Shown piece after piece: positions 57,234 to 64,000 of a DNA stretch of 64,000 nt. The notes below the pieces were generated by a model, which saw nothing but the letters and a program-made list of their open reading frames with translations, ran no database searches and was not told where the DNA came from. The DNA comes from a virus (Duplodnaviria > Caudoviricetes), in the IMG/VR virus record IMGVR_UViG_3300048693_000367, positions 32,001 through 96,000 of that record; one strand, given 5' to 3'. Each line of letters begins with the position of its first letter. Position 1 is the first letter of the stretch. A program made the translations under genes and the position numbers.

Positions 57234-60200
57234 TTATTCTCCTTGTGAGCTAGTTGCTCCACTAGAAGGTGAACCCATACTAGCGCTTGATTTTACTTGT
57301 CCTCCTGTTATGGCAGACACTTCATCTCTCAATGCTGCTAGTTTAGGTTCTACTAGTGATACTGCTAGTTCTTTCATGCGTTTTTCTAGAGCCTCAAATG
57401 CTGCCGCGCCACTAATTTGAACATCTAATACATAACTACCAGTAAGTTCAATTTTAGGAGGTATAGTAGCCGCTACTGCTGATAGCTTATCTATATAAGT
57501 GTTGAAAGTACTAAAGGTAGATGATAACGAATCTAAAAATGCTTGAGCATTTGGGTCTAGTTGAATTTGGAAACCATTTCCTCCTGTTGGTCCACCTGTA
57601 GTGGGTATTACTTGGTTACCAGTTTGTGGTGGCGCTACTGTGGATGGAACCACCTGTGGTGTTCCAGACGGTGTTTGTGTCACTGAGGTTGTTGGAGTAT
57701 TCTCTGATATTTTATACAAATCAGAAAACATTCTGCGGGCCACTTCTGGTCGATATCTTGATGCTGCTGCTTGACGGCGAGATAATTTTGATTGTTGATA
57801 TTGGGTTAATGGCTTACTCTCACTCTTTACTTGTGGTGCATTTGCCAATTCGTCCGCTAATCCTGATTCTCTTTCTGCTTGTGTAAATAAGCGTTTTCTT
57901 GTTAATGGATTTTGGCTTAATAAATAATCTTTACGTTTTTGAGCTTTTTCTGCTTGAGCAATATTTTGTAATTCAAAACTACTAGCACTAATAACACTAT
58001 CATCTGTTGGTAGTTTTTGTCCTAGTCTTTGTCGTTTTCTGGCTGCTATTAATTCTTGTTGAACAAAAGCTTTACGTTCTGCTGTTGGGGCATATTGTTT
58101 TTCGGCTCTGGTAATATAGTTTTCACCTTCCACAAAGGTTTGTTTAGTGTTTACTGCCTGAGCGGCTTGTGCATTGGCTTGTACTACAGCTTGGGCGGTA
58201 ACGCCTTGAATGGCTCTATTTGGCTTTTGGGCTTCTTGCGTGTTTATCATTTTCTCTTCGGTTTGTTTTTGTATAGAGAGCCTTTGTGCTTCTAATTGTG
58301 CTCTTTCAGCATTTAATCTATCTAATACTCCGCCAGTTCCTGGTGCCGGTGGTGCTGGTAAAGTATTATTAAATGCTTCAGCAAAAGCTCGTCCTCGACG
58401 TAAATCTTTAAGTTCTCCCTGCTCATTATCTTGTAATGTACCAGCTTTGTCTTTTGCCTCTAATTCTGCTAGCCTCTGTTCTTCTTTTGCTGCAAAGTCT
58501 CGTAAGGCTTGTTGTTCCCTAACATTTAGTGGTGCGGGACCGGCGCCAGCAACGGGTTTAGGAGCCGCACCAGCAGCAGCAGCGGCAGCAGGAGCAGCGA
58601 CGGCTGGCGGCGCAGCAACACCGGGAGCAGGAACTGCTACGGGTAAATTCTTAGGATTAGCAGCATTAGCATCAGTAACGGCGTCTCTTAATGCTTGAGT
58701 TAAAATATTTGGAAAATCTTTAGCTAAAAATACTTGTAAATCTATCATTGATTCTTGAATAATTAAAGCTTGTTGTTTATTGAGTAATCCTAGAATTTCA
58801 TTAGCTTTAATTTGTTCATTAACCGCTTCTCTATAAGCTATAACATTAGGATCTTCTTCTGATACTCTGCCACGAATTCTTTCCATTGCTTTTTCTAATG
58901 TCATACCAAGTTTTGGTACAAAATCTTGTCCCTGGAATCCTTGAGATTCATAAAACTTAGTTAAAAGATCAGCGCGTATATTTGCAAATTCTTGTGGACT
59001 GTATAGTTCTCGTTGAGCTTCCAAACCAGCAAAGGCTAATTGTCTATTTTCAACATTTCTCATGAATTCTGGTCCACTCTCTCTAGCAGCAGCCAGAGCG
59101 GAACTCTCACGATTCATTTGAAAAAGCTGATCAAAGTCTGCCGTAGCAATCTTTTGTAAGAAATTACCAAAACCTTCAACCTTTTGTTGTTCTTCTTGAA
59201 TTTTAGCTAATGCATTTGCTGCTTTTGTTCCATCATTAGCTAATTTTTCTAATGCTTGACGGCCTTCGTCTAATGCTAGCTTATTTTTACCTAACGCTGC
59301 CACATTGTTGAGATTAGCAGCGGCTAATTCTGCTCGTTGTCTATTGCCTGCCTCATCAGCGCCCAACCCACTAGCTTTTTCAAGATTAGCCGCATTTTCA
59401 GCTTCTAATCTAGCATTTTCTTTACTAGTTCTCATCATGGCTAATCCAATAGCAGCAGGATCCATAGCTTGATTTGCTGTTAATCCACCAACATCACGCA
59501 GTCCTCTAGTAAGATCTTTAATTTCAAACTCAAAAGGCTCGTTAAGTTGTTGTAGTGTGGGACTATTTCCTAAAGCCTTAGCCAGATCTAATTCAGCATT
59601 TAATCTAATTACTCCAGCTTTACGCATATATTCATTGGATCTACCCATCGCTTCATTATATTGGTTTTGTAGATTAATACTTTCTTGTAAAGTATCGTTA
59701 TAGGTTTTGGCTAGTTTTTGCAGGAGTTGTGAGCCTTCTTGAGCTGTTTTAGATAATTCACTAATAACAGTATCTTCTAATTCCTTAGTTAATTTATCAA
59801 CATCAGTATCGCTCGCAGATTTTTCTAATCTATTACCAACATCATTTAGAACCTTAGCAATTTCTGGAGTTTCAATATTGATACCCTGTGCTTGAAATAG
59901 TCCAGTTAAATTATCTTTGATCTGATTTCTATTTGTAATATCTGTACTCTTCACAAGAGCCGGTAATTGATCAGCTAAAATTTTTGATGCTACCGCTTGA
60001 TCTGCTAATGCTTTGGCCTCGGGACTACCACCAGCCAATCCAGCAACGCCGCCAGCAGCAGCTCTAACTTCTTTAAAAGAAAATGCTGATAGATTTCCTA
60101 ATACTTCTTCATTTTTTCTATCAATGTCTTGAACTTTTGGAGCATTACTAAAATCATTAGTTCTAGCATCTGTGGCTTTGATTAGTCTTTCTAAACTAGC

Positions 60201-63200
60201 AGCATACTTATCAGCATAGGCGTTGGCTCGACGATAAATATCCAGGGTTTTATCAATTTCTTTAACAATCTTTGCCGCTTCGTCAGCCCTTCGTTTTTCT
60301 ATAGTCTCGTTTTCTTTAGCGGCTAGGGCTACGCGAGAGTATTTCATTCTAATATCATCTAATTCAGCATTAAGAGCCTTTTGTCTTTCTGGATCTGTTT
60401 CATTCGCTAACTCTTGCCATTTAGCAATATATTCTGGACTAACTTGAGCTATTTGTTGTGTTAATATTCTGAATGTTTTAGGATCTATACTAGCAGACAC
60501 TTCATCAAGTGTTTTGCCTGTTTTACCCATTGCTGCTTCTAAAATACGTGTAGCAGATTCTGATCCAGCCTTTTGAGTGGTCACAATTTCTGTTGCGGTC
60601 TTTGTTCTTAACGATTCTTTGGAAAGATTTTTCTCTGCTTCTTGGGCTGCCAATGTCTTTAACTCTGTAAAAATCTCAGCCATACCAACATTAAGATCTT
60701 GTGTATTGGCCTCTGGATTTTTTAAGAATTGATCTAATTGTGTAGATATTGACTCGCTAGATTTTTCAATCTTAGCCTGTCTTGTTTTTTCAGCAAATTC
60801 TTCTGCTGCCTTTTGAGCCTTAAAAAAACCAGTTGTTAGTCCTACTAAAGCGCCAGCCGCTCCTCCGATAGCAGTACCCCACGGACCAAAAAATGAACCT
60901 ATTGTGGCTCCTATACTACCATAATTGAGAGCATCTCCACCCATATTACTAATCATCCTACCGGATGTAGTAGATTCTCCACCACGCAATGAAGAAGCAC
61001 CTTCTATAGCCGCACCACCAGCTGTTAATGCAACAAAACCACCCAACCCACCCATGCCTCCGCGACCACCCATTCTATTTCTAAATGCTTGGCCACTCAA
61101 TCCTTCTGCTCTAGCAGCCCGTGCTTGTCTCATTAAATTACGCCCAGCAGATCCTGATGGAATTAATCCTGTTTGTTGAACATTTCTAGAAGCAGTAGTT
61201 AAATTCCTAGTAACGCCAGTAATATTTGTACCAAGTTTGGTTACTGTGCTACTTAAAGCAGTAAAAGCTTTGACTAATACTGGTCCAAGTCGTGTTAAAC
61301 CAGCAACCACACCACCAACAAAAAACTTCTGAACTCCACCACCATTAGCGAATGTTTGTAATCCATCAACCATACCACCCTTATTAAATCCTTGTACTTT
61401 GTCAGCTCTATTTAATTGATGTAATCTTGACGATCCTATTCTCTGAGCAGCTTTTTTATTAATAACAAACTCACCGGGAGTTAATAGTGCTGGAACCGTG
61501 TCCTCTACACTACCTCCACTATTAAAGTATTGGAGTGCTGATGGCGAACTAATAGCTATGGCTTTGGAAATAGCATTAGCAATATTTTCAGGAGTGGGAG
61601 ATACCTTAAATTCATTTGGCGTCACAAATCTACCTCCAAATAGCGGTCCTAATACCTCCTTGTTGCCAGCACCAGTAAAATCAAAAATTGCGTCTGTTGT
61701 GTCATTATCTGATAATAGATTTTGACTAGCTCTTCTAATAAAGGCTTCAAAAAAATAGCCCTTTATCGCTTGTTTGGCAGAGGAGCTTATTAGTTGATCT
61801 GTTGATACTTGCCCTCTTCCGGGTCTTAGTGGCTCTGGCAAAACGGCTACTGCATTATCAAATAGATCTGGTAATCCATTCATAATTTGTCTATCAAAAA
61901 TATCTTTACCTCCTGGAGATAAAGTACTACTTTTACCATCTGTTGTTATTCTAGCTCCTCTAGCCTTTTGTTTATTCCCGATAAATGCCCTAAGCTTGTC
62001 TACGCCAGTAGCATTACCTCTAGCCAATACATCGCTTATGGTAGCAGAGATATCTGGTACTCCACCCTCTAAAAATGAAACGCCGAATGTTTTAGATAGC
62101 TTTATTCCATTAATAATTTCGTCTGATTGCGCGCCACCTAATGCTTTACGAGACTTAAGTTGGGATAATCTAGATTGTTTATCGGATGTAAATGCTCTTA
62201 GTTTTTGTCCCGAGTCTTGCCATCTTTTTTCTAGACTAAGCAAGCCAGATAGTTCGGATTGTTCTTCTGGAGTTAATGGCTTAACAGTACCAGATCTGTA
62301 CGAACCAGTCCCCTTTTGTGCAAATCTTTGTACCAGTCCGCCAAGAGCAAATCTAGAGACCCTGTTTGCTCTTGGACCCTTAGACCTAATAGCATCCATA
62401 GCGGGCTGCTTATCTCCGCCTTGAGTAAATACCATATTTTGAACTGGGATGCCAAAAAGTTGACTTAAATATTCTGGAACGCCTCGTGTTCTACGAGACT
62501 TACTAATAATGCTTAAGGTTTTGGGATCTAGTTTTTTAGACTTTATAGACTCTAATAATTCTTTACCAAAAGCTGTTAGTGGTGAAGATTGTATATCCTC
62601 TAGTCTTTGTTGATCGTTTCTAAAATAGCGAGACAATACTTGGTTTTTAGCGTCTCCTGATTTTGCGCTGGAATAAGCTTTATCTCCAAGTGTTCTTTTT
62701 AGTGTTCTGTCAACATCAACAGCTCCTCCTCCAGCATTAATGAGGGCTTGAATAGCATCCGATGGTTTTGGTAATATGCTTCCAGAAGCTTGTAGAATAT
62801 CATCAACTAGTGGAGCTTTGGCCAATCCTCCCGTAGCAAATCTTTTTATGAACCCACCCGAATTTTTTAGCATACTTCTCATTGAGGTGGTGATTTTTTT
62901 TCTATCCGGCTGTCCTTCTACTTTGTAAGCGCTTACTTGCTCAAAACCTTTGATTAAAGTTTGTGCTTTAATAGCATCTTGATCTAAAACCTGTTCTATT
63001 GATTTCTTAAGCGAACCTGGCAGTATTGCGTCAACGTCAGGATCTGTATCGAAAAACTTATTTTTAGTAATCTTTTTTGATAATACAGATCTAATTTCTT
63101 CGTGATTATCTCCTAGTATAGCTGCTTCGGGAGATTTGGAGCGTCCAGTGAATCTATAAATTCTATTAGATTGTTTCAGTGTTTTAAAAACATCCTTTTT

Positions 63201-64000
63201 TTTAATGTAATTTGATACTATATCTGAGTATGCTCCATAATTATCTTTTTTGTGAATAGCCCAATTTCTATTCCAGGTTTTAGGTAAATCTAATCCCATA
63301 TTTGTATATAGTCTTGATATTTGTCCAATATTATTTGATTTAGCCCACTGTTGTAATTTTTTTGGAATAACTGGAGAGCTTAGTGATATATGGGTGAATT
63401 CTGTGGGTCCGGATTCAGGTAAATTAGTTGGTTTTTGAGCACTCTTCTTTTTAGCTGTGCCTCCTCCAGCATATCTATTCATTTTATGAAGATTATTCAC
63501 TCCAATAGCTGAAACTGCTTTTTTTCTAATTACAAACTCTCCGGGGGTTAGCATTGCTGATACAGTATCTCTATTACCGGATCCCGGTACTAAACCACCA
63601 CTAGCAAATCTTCTTCCACCGCCTAATCTTTGACCTAATCCTCTCGCTCCGCCAGCAGCACCAAATGCTCCAGCAAAACCAGTACCAAACTCTATTAAGG
63701 CAGATAATCCTCTGATTGTTGCAAGAGCTGTTAATGCTGGTAGTACGATCTTAGCAGCATCTGCGAGTTTGATAAGTGCGCTTGCTAGTTGTAATGATAG
63801 ACTTACGAAACTTCTAAAACTATCACTTTCACCAATACTACGAACGAGCGCCGTGAACTCTTCTCTCACTTTAGCTATTTGATTAGCAATAGAAAGTTGT
63901 GCTGTGGCAGCATCTTTACTTAATGATGCTTGTCCTGTTTGAGCGGTTTTTAAAGCTTGTTGAGCAACGGCGAACTGTTGGATAAGAGGAATAACCTTAC
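57234..64000 (-). CDS. Tail tape measure protein (5' part outside the window)
   Basis: The frame stays open beyond 63869 to the window edge (KVIPLIQQFAVAQQAL...). More than 2250 aa, Ala/Gln-rich helices, Gly-rich hydrophobic segment, repeated FAxGG and DTVPAxLTPGEFV motifs. Confidence 0.8.
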   Translation of the reverse strand, partial: KVIPLIQQFAVAQQALKTAQTGQASLSKDAATAQLSIANQIAKVREEFTALVRSIGESDSFRSFVSLSLQLASALIKLADAAKIVLPALTALATIRGLSALIEFGTGFAGAFGAAGGARGLGQRLGGGRRFASGGLVPGSGNRDTVSAMLTPGEFVIRKKAVSAIGVNNLHKMNRYAGGGTAKKKSAQKPTNLPESGPTEFTHISLSSPVIPKKLQQWAKSNNIGQISRLYTNMGLDLPKTWNRNWAIHKKDNYGAYSDIVSNYIKKKDVFKTLKQSNRIYRFTGRSKSPEAAILGDNHEEIRSVLSKKITKNKFFDTDPDVDAILPGSLKKSIEQVLDQDAIKAQTLIKGFEQVSAYKVEGQPDRKKITTSMRSMLKNSGGFIKRFATGGLAKAPLVDDILQASGSILPKPSDAIQALINAGGGAVDVDRTLKRTLGDKAYSSAKSGDAKNQVLSRYFRNDQQRLEDIQSSPLTAFGKELLESIKSKKLDPKTLSIISKSRRTRGVPEYLSQLFGIPVQNMVFTQGGDKQPAMDAIRSKGPRANRVSRFALGGLVQRFAQKGTGSYRSGTVKPLTPEEQSELSGLLSLEKRWQDSGQKLRAFTSDKQSRLSQLKSRKALGGAQSDEIINGIKLSKTFGVSFLEGGVPDISATISDVLARGNATGVDKLRAFIGNKQKARGARITTDGKSSTLSPGGKDIFDRQIMNGLPDLFDNAVAVLPEPLRPGRGQVSTDQLISSSAKQAIKGYFFEAFIRRASQNLLSDNDTTDAIFDFTGAGNKEVLGPLFGGRFVTPNEFKVSPTPENIANAISKAIAISSPSALQYFNSGGSVEDTVPALLTPGEFVINKKAAQRIGSSRLHQLNRADKVQGFNKGGMVDGLQTFANGGGVQKFFVGGVVAGLTRLGPVLVKAFTALSSTVTKLGTNITGVTRNLTTASRNVQQTGLIPSGSAGRNLMRQARAARAEGLSGQAFRNRMGGRGGMGGLGGFVALTAGGAAIEGASSLRGGESTTSGRMISNMGGDALNYGSIGATIGSFFGPWGTAIGGAAGALVGLTTGFFKAQKAAEEFAEKTRQAKIEKSSESISTQLDQFLKNPEANTQDLNVGMAEIFTELKTLAAQEAEKNLSKESLRTKTATEIVTTQKAGSESATRILEAAMGKTGKTLDEVSASIDPKTFRILTQQIAQVSPEYIAKWQELANETDPERQKALNAELDDIRMKYSRVALAAKENETIEKRRADEAAKIVKEIDKTLDIYRRANAYADKYAASLERLIKATDARTNDFSNAPKVQDIDRKNEEVLGNLSAFSFKEVRAAAGGVAGLAGGSPEAKALADQAVASKILADQLPALVKSTDITNRNQIKDNLTGLFQAQGINIETPEIAKVLNDVGNRLEKSASDTDVDKLTKELEDTVISELSKTAQEGSQLLQKLAKTYNDTLQESINLQNQYNEAMGRSNEYMRKAGVIRLNAELDLAKALGNSPTLQQLNEPFEFEIKDLTRGLRDVGGLTANQAMDPAAIGLAMMRTSKENARLEAENAANLEKASGLGADEAGNRQRAELAAANLNNVAALGKNKLALDEGRQALEKLANDGTKAANALAKIQEEQQKVEGFGNFLQKIATADFDQLFQMNRESSALAAARESGPEFMRNVENRQLAFAGLEAQRELYSPQEFANIRADLLTKFYESQGFQGQDFVPKLGMTLEKAMERIRGRVSEEDPNVIAYREAVNEQIKANEILGLLNKQQALIIQESMIDLQVFLAKDFPNILTQALRDAVTDANAANPKNLPVAVPAPGVAAPPAVAAPAAAAAAGAAPKPVAGAGPAPLNVREQQALRDFAAKEEQRLAELEAKDKAGTLQDNEQGELKDLRRGRAFAEAFNNTLPAPPAPGTGGVLDRLNAERAQLEAQRLSIQKQTEEKMINTQEAQKPNRAIQGVTAQAVVQANAQAAQAVNTKQTFVEGENYITRAEKQYAPTAERKAFVQQELIAARKRQRLGQKLPTDDSVISASSFELQNIAQAEKAQKRKDYLLSQNPLTRKRLFTQAERESGLADELANAPQVKSESKPLTQYQQSKLSRRQAAASRYRPEVARRMFSDLYKISENTPTTSVTQTPSGTPQVVPSTVAPPQTGNQVIPTTGGPTGGNGFQIQLDPNAQAFLDSLSSTFSTFNTYIDKLSAVAATIPPKIELTGSYVLDVQISGAAAFEALEKRMKELAVSLVEPKLAALRDEVSAITGGQVKSSASMGSPSSGATSSQGE

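Noticed and set aside
1-64000. Stop-codon reassignment (alternative genetic code)
   Set aside because: Long conserved genes are intact under the standard code, and TAA, TAG and TGA all end genes at sensible positions.
1-64000. tRNA, rRNA or riboswitch genes
   Set aside because: Intergenic gaps are very short and no cloverleaf or known RNA motif was recognised by eye. A covariance-model scan would be needed to exclude them.

Overview
AT-rich, densely packed segment of a large tailed dsDNA bacteriophage genome, read with the standard genetic code. Positions 1-48691 are almost all + strand. They carry glycosyltransferases, nucleotide metabolism genes (NDT-like, GMP reductase, dCMP deaminase, intein-containing class II RNR, dNMP kinase), a sigma-like factor, ClpP, a membrane/lysis-like module with a papain-like peptidase, PhoH, and a replication/recombination block (intein-containing RecA, DnaB, primase, RecB/Cas4-like nuclease, fragmented DnaE, DnaQ-like exonuclease, SSB, Sak-like annealase). 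A glycosylation cluster ends the block. Positions 48693-64000 are a convergent - strand tail operon: partial tape measure protein, two paralogous tail proteins, two tail-tip/baseplate-like proteins and a Thr/Pro mucin-like protein. Highlights: (1) dnaE is broken three times: a 10-nt stop-containing insertion inside the PHP HxH-S-x-F-SLLDG motif next to a decayed homing endonuclease (candidate ribosomal bypass/frameshift), a split intein with a free-standing endonuclease between its halves, and a plain gene split. (2) A GT60-type polypeptide GlcNAc-transferase cluster abuts mucin-like tail-operon proteins (candidate virion O-glycosylation system). (3) The tape measure protein carries enzyme-like cassettes between FAxGG repeats. 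(4) Bacterioferritin and DeoC homologues have lost their catalytic residues. (5) A GGTGTATA motif precedes most homing endonuclease genes and putative late genes. All family calls come from recognising motifs by eye; no database searches were run.
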